Origin: Phycisphaera mikurensis NBRC 102666
GTDB lineage: Bacteria; Planctomycetota; Phycisphaerae; Phycisphaerales; Phycisphaeraceae
Reading direction: 5' to 3'
DNA length: 32,000 bases
Assembly: GCF_000284115.1 (NCBI RefSeq)
Contig: NC_017080.1
Coordinates: forward strand, 3,390,001-3,422,000
Part shown: piece after piece, positions 17,469-26,069 of the stretch
Layout of the letters: every line of letters starts with the position of its first letter
Numbering within the stretch: the first letter of the stretch is position 1
Position numbers and translations under genes: made by a program
Notes under the pieces: model-generated
The model's input: only the letters and a program-made list of their open reading frames with translations
The model's database searches: none
What the model was told of the DNA's origin: nothing

Positions 17469-17975
17469 TCACGGCTTCTCCCGCCGCTCGATGTAGAACA
17501 TCGAGTCGGCCGCCCGCGGCCCGACCATGTGCCAGGACAGAGGAAACTCCGGCCGCATCTGCATGTACATCTCGAAGAGCAGCTCGCCGAGCTTGTACTG
17601 CCGGTCGATGTTCTTCTCGGTCTTGCGGGTGTCGGTCGGGGGGATGAGCTCCAGCTTGTGGTAGCTCCAGGACGGCTCCAGCCGCACCATCAGGTGCCCC
17701 TCGCTCCAGTCGATCGGGTAGCCCTGCACCGGGCCCTGCCCGCCGCCGGGCGTGTGGAACCAGTAGCACAGGAAGCGGTCCTTCTCGGCCGTGGAGCCGT
17801 GCTGGCTGCCGCCCTTGAGCAGACGGGCGTGGCTGATGGACGAGGCGGGGCTGCCCCAGCGATCGCGGGCGATGAACGGCTGCCGAGCCTCCACGTCGTA
17901 CAGCCCCACGTGCGCGTAGCCGCACGTGAGCTTCGGCGTGCAGTGCGACTTGTTGATGCTTCGGCTGCTGTCCAA
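17469..17975 (-). CDS. Conserved-looking hypothetical protein (TTG start)
   Basis: Compositionally balanced (many K, Y, H, F, W) unlike spurious ORFs here; LCYWFHTPGGGQGPVQGYPIDWSEGHLMVRLEPSWSYHKLELIPPTDTRKTEKNIDRQYKLGELLFEMYMQMRPEFPLSW. Confidence 0.75.
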   Translation of the reverse strand: MDSSRSINKSHCTPKLTCGYAHVGLYDVEARQPFIARDRWGSPASSISHARLLKGGSQHGSTAEKDRFLCYWFHTPGGGQGPVQGYPIDWSEGHLMVRLEPSWSYHKLELIPPTDTRKTEKNIDRQYKLGELLFEMYMQMRPEFPLSWHMVGPRAADSMFYIERREKP

Positions 17976-18073
17976 GGCGATCCCGGGGGCGGTGCAGGCT
18001 CCTCATAGAGTAAACGCCCGCTCCCGGCCCCCCCGGTGCCTCGGCCCCACGGCCCCGCCCCGCACGCCCCGCC

Positions 18074-18544
18074 ATGCCCCAGTCCTCCGCCACCTCCGCC
18101 ACCTCCGAGCCCTCGCCCGCCGACCCGCCCGCCGCGGCACCCGCCGGCCCGCTCCGCCTCCGCGAGGTCGGCGGCGGGATCGTCCGCTTCAGCGTCCCCG
18201 GCACCGACTACCGCCTCGAGGCCGCCGCCGGCGGGTCGCTGGGCCCTTCCGCGGCCGCCGGCCAGCGCCTCCGCGGAACGCTGCACGCCGTCGCCCGCAA
18301 GGTCTGGCCCGTCGCCGCCGGCGGCCGCTTCGTCGAGCCCGTTTTCGGACGCCCGCGACGCATTCAGGCCGCCGTGCTGGGAGCCGATGAGGCCTCCAAC
18401 ACGCTGCACCTCGACGCGGGTGGCGTGAAGTTCGCCGCGCGCCTCGGCCACGCCGGCCAGCGCGTCGCCGACTTCCCGCCGCAGACGCTGGTCACCCTCA
18501 GCGTCGACGACCACGTCGTCCTCGAAGCCGCACCCGCCGACTGA
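18074..18544 (+). CDS. Hypothetical protein
   Basis: [15 protein letters not shown]...[28 protein letters not shown]...[57 protein letters not shown]; plausible beta-rich domain; ends 18 bp before the epimerase gene. Confidence 0.65.
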   Translation: MPQSSATSATSEPSPADPPAAAPAGPLRLREVGGGIVRFSVPGTDYRLEAAAGGSLGPSAAAGQRLRGTLHAVARKVWPVAAGGRFVEPVFGRPRRIQAAVLGADEASNTLHLDAGGVKFAARLGHAGQRVADFPPQTLVTLSVDDHVVLEAAPAD

Positions 18545-18561
18545 ACCCCCCGGACCCGCTC

Positions 18562-19629
18562 ATGCCCGAGACCGCCCCCTCCCCCGACGCGCCCGCCTCC
18601 ACGCCCCACCAGCGCGTCCTGGTCACCGGCGGCGCCGGCTTCCTCGGCAGCCACCTGTGCGACCGGCTCGTGGCCCAGGGCCACGACGTCATCTGCCTCG
18701 ACAACTTCTTCACCAGCCAGAAGACCAACGTGGCCCACCTCCTGGGCCAGCGCAACTTCGAGCTGATCCGCCACGACGTCACCGAGCCGATCACCCTCGA
18801 GGTCGACCGCATCTACAACATGGCCTGCCCGGCCAGCCCGGTGCACTACCAGTACAACCCGATCAAGACCATGAAGGTCTCGGTGATGGGCTCGATCAAC
18901 CTGCTGGGCATGGCCAAGCGGACCGGCGCCCGGATCCTGCAGGCCAGCACCAGCGAGGTCTACGGCGACCCCACGCCCGAGCACCACCCCCAGACCGAGA
19001 GCTACCGCGGCAACGTGAACCCCATCGGCGTGCGGGCCTGCTACGACGAGGGGAAGCGCGCGGCCGAGACGCTGTTCTTCGACTACTGGCGCAGCAACGG
19101 CGTGGACATCCGCGTGGTTCGGATCTTCAACACCTACGGCCCGCGGATGCACCCCTTCGACGGGCGGGTCGTGACCAACTTCATCGTGCAGGCCCTCCGC
19201 GGCGAAGACATCACGCTCTACGGCGACGGCAGCCAGACGCGTAGCTTCTGCTACGTGGATGACCTCGTCGACGTGATCATGGCGATGATGGAGCACGGCG
19301 GGAACGCCGGGGGCGACCCCGAGACCTTCGTGGGTCCGGTGAACATCGGCAACCCCGGCGAGTTCACGATCCGCCAGCTCGCCGAGAAGGTGATCGAGCT
19401 GACCGGGTCGTCGTCGAAGCTGGTCGAGCTGCCCCTGCCCAAGGACGACCCGCTGCAGCGCAAGCCCGACATCTCGCTGGCCAAGGAGAAGCTCGGCTGG
19501 GAGCCCCGGGTCCCCCTGGCCGACGGCCTGCAGCGGACGATCGCGTACTTCAGGAGCGTGGACCTGGGCAGCTTCCGCAAGCCGACCGATCACACGGCCC
19601 ACACCAGCAGCGACCGGTCCCGCATCTGA
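18562..19629 (+). CDS. NAD-dependent sugar epimerase/decarboxylase, UDP-glucuronate decarboxylase (UXS)-like
   Basis: [19 protein letters not shown] (Rossmann), [79 protein letters not shown]. Confidence 0.95.
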   Translation: MPETAPSPDAPASTPHQRVLVTGGAGFLGSHLCDRLVAQGHDVICLDNFFTSQKTNVAHLLGQRNFELIRHDVTEPITLEVDRIYNMACPASPVHYQYNPIKTMKVSVMGSINLLGMAKRTGARILQASTSEVYGDPTPEHHPQTESYRGNVNPIGVRACYDEGKRAAETLFFDYWRSNGVDIRVVRIFNTYGPRMHPFDGRVVTNFIVQALRGEDITLYGDGSQTRSFCYVDDLVDVIMAMMEHGGNAGGDPETFVGPVNIGNPGEFTIRQLAEKVIELTGSSSKLVELPLPKDDPLQRKPDISLAKEKLGWEPRVPLADGLQRTIAYFRSVDLGSFRKPTDHTAHTSSDRSRI

Positions 19630-19810
19630 GGCCAGCGGGAGGGGGCGGAGGGTCGGGGGGTGGCGGAGGCGGAGACGCGGGGACACGCTGCGCGGGCGGC
19701 GGCGGCGCGAGCGCCGGCGGCATCGGCGTGGGAACCCGCTCGGCCTGCTTCTACCCTGCCGCCGGGGCGCCACGCCCCGCACCCCGCACCCCACCCGAAA
19801 GACCACCCCC

Positions 19811-20962
19811 ATGCGCCACGCCGTCATCATGGCCGGCGGCTCCGGCACCCGGCTCTGGCCGATGTCCGTCGCCGAGCAGCCCAAGCAGCTCATCCCCTTC
19901 ATCGGCGCCGGCGTCGGGGAGACGGAGCCCGACGGCTCGCCCGCCGGCCGCTCGCTGCTCGCGATCGCGATGGACCGCCTCGAAGGCCTCGTCGACGACG
20001 GGCACCAGTGGGTCTGCGCGGGCGAGGCGACGCGGGAGCCGATGCTGCGCGGCCTCCCGCGGCTCGACGCCTCGCGCTTCATCGGCGAGCCGATCGGCCG
20101 CGACACGCTCGCGGCGGTGGTGCTCGCGGCGGCGGTGCTCAAGAAGACCGACCCCGACGCGGTGATGGCGATCTTCACCGCGGACCACATCATCGAGCCG
20201 GTGGCGGACTTCCAGCGCATCGTCTCGGAAGGCTTCGCGCTTGCGGAGAGCGCCCCCAACACCCTGGTCACCTTCGGCATCACGCCCACGCAGGCGGCGA
20301 CCGGCTACGGCTACCTGCAGCTCGGGGCGGCGATCGACGCCACGCCCGGCTTCACCGTGTCCGCGTTCAAGGAGAAGCCCGACGCACAGACCGCGGCTTC
20401 CTACCTCGATGCCGGCAGCGAGAAGTACCTGTGGAACTCGGGCATGTTCGTCTGGTCGGCCGACGCCGTCCTCGCCGCCGCCGCCAAGTTCGCCCCGACG
20501 CAGACCGCGGCGATCCAGGAGGTCGTGCAGTCCTGGGGCACCGACGCGTACGGCCCGGCGATCGCCGAGGCCTACCCGGGTCTCGAGAAGATCAGCGTCG
20601 ACTTCGCGATCATGGAGCCCGCCGCCGCGGACGACGCGTTTCGCGTCGCGGCGGTGCCGATGCCGCTTTCGTGGCTGGACGTGGGCTCGTGGCCCAGCTT
20701 CGCGGAGACGCTGGATCCCGACGCCGACGGCAACGCCGTCTCGGGCGCCGGCGAGGGGAACCGGGCCGCGGTGCTGATGGACGCGTCGGACAACCTCGTC
20801 GTCAGCGACGATCCCGATCACTGCGTCGCCCTGCTGGGTGTCAGCGACCTCCTCGTGGTTCGCACCGGGAAGTCGACGCTGGTCTGCCACCGGGACCACG
20901 CCGAGAAGATCAAGGCACTCCAGAAGGAAGTCGCCGACCGCATGGGCGACGCGCACGTCTGA
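19811..20962 (+). CDS. manC: Mannose-1-phosphate guanylyltransferase
   Basis: MRHAVIMAGGSGTRLWPMSVAEQPKQLIPFIG (NTP-transferase signature), NTLVTFGITPTQAATGYGYLQLG, FKEKPDAQTAASYL, WNSGMFVW. Confidence 0.93.
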   Translation: MRHAVIMAGGSGTRLWPMSVAEQPKQLIPFIGAGVGETEPDGSPAGRSLLAIAMDRLEGLVDDGHQWVCAGEATREPMLRGLPRLDASRFIGEPIGRDTLAAVVLAAAVLKKTDPDAVMAIFTADHIIEPVADFQRIVSEGFALAESAPNTLVTFGITPTQAATGYGYLQLGAAIDATPGFTVSAFKEKPDAQTAASYLDAGSEKYLWNSGMFVWSADAVLAAAAKFAPTQTAAIQEVVQSWGTDAYGPAIAEAYPGLEKISVDFAIMEPAAADDAFRVAAVPMPLSWLDVGSWPSFAETLDPDADGNAVSGAGEGNRAAVLMDASDNLVVSDDPDHCVALLGVSDLLVVRTGKSTLVCHRDHAEKIKALQKEVADRMGDAHV

Positions 20963-21107
20963 GGAGGCTCCGCGGCACCGGGCTCGCCCCGCGTGCCTCG
21001 CGCCTTCCCGCACGCGTCCCGCTGCGCCGGGCTCTTGGGCCGAGGCCGGCACACCCGGTGCGGGCGCCCGCCGGAGCGGCCCGCGGCCCCGGTAGGCTCG
21101 CCCGGCG

Positions 21108-22229
21108 ATGCCGCCCGACTCCCCCCAAGCCAAAGACACGGCGTTGCAGCCGGCCGGCCGGCAGACCTTCGCCGCCTTCGAGCTGGCGTCGGTCCTCAGC
21201 CACTACGACCTAGGCGTCATCGAGGAGATCCACGAGTTCCCCAAAGGCTCGCGGAAGGCGCCCAAGCTGATCCTCAAGACCGACGCCGGCGAGTACCTGC
21301 TCAAGCGGCGGGCGCCATCGGCTTTCGACCGCGAGAAAGCGGCCTTCACGCACGGGCTGCAGGTGCACCTGGCGAACAAGGGCTTCCCGCTCCCGCGGCT
21401 GATGGTCACGCGGAGCCAGGAGCGCACGATGCTCCGCCTCTCCGAGCAGACCTACGAGGTGTTCCAGTACATCCGGGGCGACGCGTACGACTTCTCCCTG
21501 GACGCCACCCGCGACTCCGGCCAGACCCTGGGCATCTTCCACGGGCTGCTGCAGAAGTACGCGAGCAACTACACGCCGCCCCGCGGGAGCTACCACGCGA
21601 GCCGGTCGGTGATGACCGCCCTGGGGATGCTCGAGGAGACCCTGACGCGGCACGCCGCCCGGGCCGCGCCGCCCGAAGCCGAGACGCTGGAGCGGATGAG
21701 CCCGCTGGACCGCTCGCCCGCGGAGCTCACCGCGCACCTGCGCTCGTGCTACGTCGACGCCGTGCGCAAGTGCGAGTCGCTGGGCATCAAGCGGTGGCCC
21801 AGCCAGGTGATCCACGCCGACTGGCACGGCGGGAACATGCTCTTCCGAGCCCGCCGCGTCGTCGCGGTGATCGACTACGACACCTCCCGCTACGGCCCGC
21901 GCGTCATCGACACCGCCAACGGGGCGCTGCAGTTCTCGATGAGCAGCGGCGGAGCCGACCCCACCGCCTGGGGCGACGGCATCGAGGAGGACCGCTTCGC
22001 GGCTTTCCTCTCCGGCTACGACGACGCCGAGAACGACGTGCTCGCCCAGGCCGAGCTCGCGGCGATCCCGCACCTGATGATCGAGGCCCTGCTCGCCGAG
22101 AGCGTGCTGCCCATCGCCCAGACCGGCTTCTTCGCCCGCATGGACGGCCAGCCCTTCCTCTCGATGATCCGCCGGAAGGTCGGCTGGATCCGGGACCACG
22201 CGGAGCGGCTGGTCTCGCTGGTGGAGTAG
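21108..22229 (+). CDS. Aminoglycoside phosphotransferase/homoserine kinase II-like kinase-fold protein
   Basis: YLLKRRA (Lys), VIHADWHGGNMLF (catalytic loop), VVAVIDYDTSRYGPRVIDTAN (metal-binding Asp) as in APH-family kinases. Confidence 0.88.
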   Translation: MPPDSPQAKDTALQPAGRQTFAAFELASVLSHYDLGVIEEIHEFPKGSRKAPKLILKTDAGEYLLKRRAPSAFDREKAAFTHGLQVHLANKGFPLPRLMVTRSQERTMLRLSEQTYEVFQYIRGDAYDFSLDATRDSGQTLGIFHGLLQKYASNYTPPRGSYHASRSVMTALGMLEETLTRHAARAAPPEAETLERMSPLDRSPAELTAHLRSCYVDAVRKCESLGIKRWPSQVIHADWHGGNMLFRARRVVAVIDYDTSRYGPRVIDTANGALQFSMSSGGADPTAWGDGIEEDRFAAFLSGYDDAENDVLAQAELAAIPHLMIEALLAESVLPIAQTGFFARMDGQPFLSMIRRKVGWIRDHAERLVSLVE

Positions 22230-22251
22230 CGGGCCGTACCGTCGGACGACC

Positions 22252-23076
22252 ATGAGGCCGCTTTTCTTGGATGCTCACCGGCTCGCGCTCGCCCTCGCGG
22301 TGGGGGCCGCGCTCGCCGCATCGCCGGCGACGGCGGACCCGGTGGCGGCGGGCGTGGTGGAGCGGCTGGACGCGGCCTCCTTCACCGAGCGGGAGGCGGC
22401 GACCCAGACGCTGATGGCGGACGCGACGCAGACGCCCGACACGCTCGCGGCGTGGCTGCCCCTCACGCGGGACCGGCCCGAGGCCCGGGCCCGGCTGCTC
22501 GCGGCGATGCACCACCAGCACCTGCGGGAGGCGCGGCTCGCGCTGGAGGGGCCCGACGCCGGCGGCGGGCTGCTCCAGCGCGCCGGCCGGGCGACCCTCC
22601 GCGGCCCCGGGCCCGGGTCGCTGGGCGTCTCCCACCGGGCCTTCCCCGCGGGCGCGATGCCGGGCGTGGACGAGCCCTCGATCGCGGTGGTCCGCACGCT
22701 GCCGGGCTTCCCCGCGCACGCGAAGCTGCGGGTGGGCGACCTGATCGTCGGCCTCAACGGCCGGCCGGTGGCGTGGCCCGAGCCGGCGTTTCCCGACGCC
22801 GAAGACCGGGCGAGGCGGCGCATCGAGGACCGGCGTCAGCGGCTGCTGGCCGACGCCGCCCGCGCCGCCACGCTCTTCAGCGAGGCGGTGCAGACCGCCG
22901 GCGCCGGCACGTCGATCACGCTCCGCGTCCTCCGCGACGGCGAGCCGATCGAGGTCGCGTTGACGCTGGCCCGCTCCGCAGCATTGCGGAGCCTGTACCC
23001 CGGCGACGGCAGCCGCGACCCCGACCTCGGCTGGGCCGCCCGCCGCGACGCCCTGCTCGCCGCAGCGGGCGGCTGA
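22252..23076 (+). CDS. Secreted PDZ-domain protein without protease domain
   Basis: Signal peptide; VERLDAASFTEREAATQTLMA; PDZ-like SLGVSHRAF...VVRTLPGFPAHAKLRVGDLIVGLNGRPV...ITLRVLRDGEPIEVALTLA. Confidence 0.8.
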   Translation: MRPLFLDAHRLALALAVGAALAASPATADPVAAGVVERLDAASFTEREAATQTLMADATQTPDTLAAWLPLTRDRPEARARLLAAMHHQHLREARLALEGPDAGGGLLQRAGRATLRGPGPGSLGVSHRAFPAGAMPGVDEPSIAVVRTLPGFPAHAKLRVGDLIVGLNGRPVAWPEPAFPDAEDRARRRIEDRRQRLLADAARAATLFSEAVQTAGAGTSITLRVLRDGEPIEVALTLARSAALRSLYPGDGSRDPDLGWAARRDALLAAAGG

Positions 23077-23186
23077 GGCCCGCCCGCGTCGCCGGCGATC
23101 CGACCGAGGCGCGTCGCCGGGGCGGGCGTGCCGCCGCGGACGGGACGCGGGCTACACTCCGTGCGTTCCTTTCAGTCGAGACCGAA

Positions 23187-23762
23187 ATGACCGACGATCC
23201 TGCCATCCTTGATCCCGACGGCGCCGCAGACCCGGTGATCTCGCCGGTGCAGCAGAAGCTGATCCTGCACTTCGGCGAGATGGGCGCCCGCTGGGGCGTC
23301 AACCGCACGGTGGCTCAGGTCCACGCGCTGCTCTACCTCGTGGAGCGGCCGCTGCCCGCCGACGCGATCTCGCGCGTCCTGCAGGTCGCCCGGAGCAACG
23401 TCTCGACGTCGATCCGCGAGCTGCTCGCGTGGGGCATCGTCCACCAGGTCTCGATCCTGGGCGAGCGGCGCGACCACTTCACGACGACCGCGGACGTGTG
23501 GGAGATGTTCCAGACGATCGTCGACGAGCGCAAGAAGCGGGAGCTGGACCCGACCCTGGAGCTGCTCGGCGAGCTGGTGAAGGAGGCCGAGGCTTCGGAC
23601 GTCGAGAACGCCCACACCCGCCGGCGGCTCCGCGAACTGCACCAGATGCTCGGCAGCCTCGCCCGCTGGTACACGCAGGTCCGCCACCTGCCGCAGGGGG
23701 CGATCATCCGCTTCGTGAAGATGGGCTCGAAGGTGTTCACGCGGCTGGGGATCGCCTCGTGA
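23187..23762 (+). CDS. GbsR/MarR-family transcriptional regulator
   Basis: GARWGVNRTVAQVHALLYLVERPLPADAISRVLQVARSNVSTSIRELLAWGIVHQVSILGERRDHFTTTADVWEMFQTIVDERKKRE. Confidence 0.9.
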   Translation: MTDDPAILDPDGAADPVISPVQQKLILHFGEMGARWGVNRTVAQVHALLYLVERPLPADAISRVLQVARSNVSTSIRELLAWGIVHQVSILGERRDHFTTTADVWEMFQTIVDERKKRELDPTLELLGELVKEAEASDVENAHTRRRLRELHQMLGSLARWYTQVRHLPQGAIIRFVKMGSKVFTRLGIAS

Positions 23763-24442
23763 AGCCGGCCGCCCCCCGCTTCGGCATCGCCGCTGTGCAC
23801 CACCGCCTCACGCGCGGCGTGCTCGACGCCGCGGACCGCCGCCTCCCGGCGGGCTTTGAGCCCGCGGTCCGCGGCGGCTTCCACCTCGTCGACACGCTGG
23901 AGCTGCGCCTGCTCGGGGCACCGGCCGGGGAGCCGCCGGTGCGGGTCCACCGCGTCCGCGTGAACGCGATGACCCACGCCGGCGACCTGCTCCGCGGCGG
24001 CTGGCCGCTGGCGATCACCGCCGGCCCGACGGGCCGGGACGTGCTCGCGCGGCTGCTCGGGCCGCTCGGCGAAGCCGGCGAGGGCCATCAAGAGCCGCCG
24101 CGGCTTCCTCGCGGGGATGCCGGCCCCTCGATCTACCCGCTGCTGGCCGACCGCGTGGCCGCCGCCGACCCGCTCGCGCCCTGGCTGCTCCCGCTGCGCG
24201 GCGGCCGCGTCCGGCGTCTTCGCTTCGCCGCCCCCGCGGGCGGCTTCGCCGTGGCGGAGGCACCCGGCACGGACCCGTTCTGGGCGGCGCTGCCCGCGGC
24301 CGCCGGCTTTGGCGAAGCCGCGGCCGAGTCGCGCGTCACCGCCGACGCCGTCCCGCTGCGCTGGAGCGTCGACCGGCCGCGCCCGCTGCTCGGCGTCGCC
24401 TTCCGCCCCGCCGCCCGCCGCCGCATCGCCGCCGTGGCGTAG
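23759..24442 (+). CDS. Hypothetical protein translationally coupled to the GbsR-like regulator
   Basis: GTG start overlaps the regulator stop (GTGA); (M)KPAAPRFGIAAVHHRLTRGVLDAADRRLPAGFEPAVRGGFHLVDTLELRLL...; may be a polyketide-cyclase/lipid-handling-like protein but no confident family. Confidence 0.65.
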   Translation: MKPAAPRFGIAAVHHRLTRGVLDAADRRLPAGFEPAVRGGFHLVDTLELRLLGAPAGEPPVRVHRVRVNAMTHAGDLLRGGWPLAITAGPTGRDVLARLLGPLGEAGEGHQEPPRLPRGDAGPSIYPLLADRVAAADPLAPWLLPLRGGRVRRLRFAAPAGGFAVAEAPGTDPFWAALPAAAGFGEAAAESRVTADAVPLRWSVDRPRPLLGVAFRPAARRRIAAVA

Positions 24443-24454
24443 AAGAAGAAGGCC

Positions 24455-24616
24455 ATGGAGCGGTACCTCTTCCTGATCGTCCTGACGCCCTGCCTCCTCC
24501 CGGTCCTGGGGTTGGTCCTGCTGGCATTGGCCGCTCTTTGGCGCACGCTGCAAGACGACCGCCGCCGCCGCAAGGCCCTCGATTCCGCGGATCGTGGCCC
24601 GCATGGCTCCGAATGA
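24455..24616 (+). CDS. Small single-pass membrane protein (53 aa)
   Basis: ATG GAG CGG TAC ... encodes MERYLFLIVLTPCLLPVLGLVLLALAALWRTLQDDRRRRKALDSADRGPHGSE; starts 12 bp after the upstream stop. Below the track's size cut-off. Confidence 0.55.
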   Translation: MERYLFLIVLTPCLLPVLGLVLLALAALWRTLQDDRRRRKALDSADRGPHGSE

Positions 24617-24832
24617 GCGACGGTCCGCGGGAACGTGGATCGAAACCGCGGAAGGAAGCGGCCGGCAGCAGGTTCGTCCCTGCGGGAGCACGGATTCTCG
24701 AGCGTGCTCTCTGGCCATCGCCCCCGCAGGGCGGGCTGTGCCCGCGGCAAGGGTGCTGGGTGCCGCGTCCACGCGGCTCCCGCCCTGCGCGAGGCCGGCA
24801 CGGGGGAGCGTGCCGCGCATCGGCACCAACGT

Positions 24833-25909
24833 CTAGATCCACCTCTTCCAGCGGAACCAGCCGAGCAGCCCGAGCATCGAGCCGCCGCAGAGGAACACGA
24901 AGATCCAGAAGCCGTAGGGACTGTCGGACAGCGGGAGCTGCGCAAAGTTCATCCCGAAGACGCCGGCGAAGAAGCTCGCGGGGATGAACAGCGAGGCGAT
25001 GACGGTGAGCACCTTCATCACCTCGTTCATGCGGGTGCTCATCGCGTTCATCCAGGTGTCGGCCAGCCCGCTGGCGGACTCGCGGTGGACCTCCAGCGCC
25101 TCCATCGCCTGGACCGCGTGGTCGTGGACGTCGCGCAGGAACAGCCGCGTCGTCTCGTCGATCAGCTCCGGGTCGATCTCGCCGAGGTTGCGCAGCATGT
25201 CGCGCATGGGCGCCAGCTCGCGGCGGGTGTGGACCAGCTCGCGCTTGAGGTCGTGGACGACGCCGATCACGTGCTCGTCGGGGTCGGTGTAGATGCGGTC
25301 CTCGATCGCCTCGATCCGCTCGGCGTGGTGCTCGAGCACGGGGAAGACCGCGTCGGCGATCGCGTCGAGCAGGGCGTAGAGGAGGAAGGGGGCGCCGTTC
25401 TGCCGCAGCCGCGACTTCTTCCGAGAGATCCGCGTCCGCACCTGGTCCCAGACGTCGCCGGGCTCCTCCGTGAAGGTGATGAGCACCCGGGGCCCCAGGA
25501 AGAAGCTCACCTGCTCGGAGAGCACGGCGGCGTGCTCGGGCCCGTCGGGGGTGTGGGCCTCGCCGGCGGCCTCCCGCAGGCGGACCATGCGGGCGACCAG
25601 AAACAGCCGCAGGTTCTCGGGGTCGTCGCTGTCGAAGATCTCCGCCTTGCTCCGCTGGTTCGTGTGGACGACGTCCTCCATCGCCAGCGGATGCAGGCCG
25701 TAGCGCTTCGCGAGGCCGGCGAGGGCGGCGGGATCGTCCACGCGGTCGACGTGGATCCAGCGGACGGTGACGCCCTCGGGCGGCGGGCGGTGCAGCTCCT
25801 CGGCGGCGGGCACGACGCGCACGTCGTGCAGGTCGGGGCCGTAGTCGGTGCGGGTGATGACCGCCGCGTGCGCGGCGGGCGTCATCTTCGCCAGCTGCTC
25901 GGGCGTCAT
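24833..25909 (-). CDS. CorA-family divalent cation transporter
   Basis: C-terminal two-TM region with GMN motif: MKVLTVIASLFIPASFFAGVFGMNFAQLPLSDSPYGFWIFVFLCG...; long helical cytoplasmic domain. Confidence 0.93.
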   Translation of the reverse strand: MTPEQLAKMTPAAHAAVITRTDYGPDLHDVRVVPAAEELHRPPPEGVTVRWIHVDRVDDPAALAGLAKRYGLHPLAMEDVVHTNQRSKAEIFDSDDPENLRLFLVARMVRLREAAGEAHTPDGPEHAAVLSEQVSFFLGPRVLITFTEEPGDVWDQVRTRISRKKSRLRQNGAPFLLYALLDAIADAVFPVLEHHAERIEAIEDRIYTDPDEHVIGVVHDLKRELVHTRRELAPMRDMLRNLGEIDPELIDETTRLFLRDVHDHAVQAMEALEVHRESASGLADTWMNAMSTRMNEVMKVLTVIASLFIPASFFAGVFGMNFAQLPLSDSPYGFWIFVFLCGGSMLGLLGWFRWKRWI

Positions 25910-26069
25910 GCCCGGGGTGGAGCCGGGCGTGGTGCGGTGGCGGGCGGCGGCGGGCGGGCGGCGTAGCGGCGCGGTGGCGACGGTGCGGATGCCACGGCCC
26001 GCCGCGTCGCCGAGGCGGTTGACGGCGCGGCGGGCCTCGCGGAAGGCCCGCAGGCCCGGAGCGTGTCGC

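Noticed and set aside
18092-18115. Short tandem TCCGCCACC repeat at the start of the 18074..18544 gene
   Set aside because: Encodes a simple Ser/Ala/Thr N-terminal tract ([10 protein letters not shown]); likely ordinary low complexity.
18562-22229. Exopolysaccharide or capsule biosynthesis cluster
   Set aside because: A UXS-like gene and manC are adjacent, but there are no glycosyltransferases, flippase or polymerase nearby, so a full cluster is not supported.
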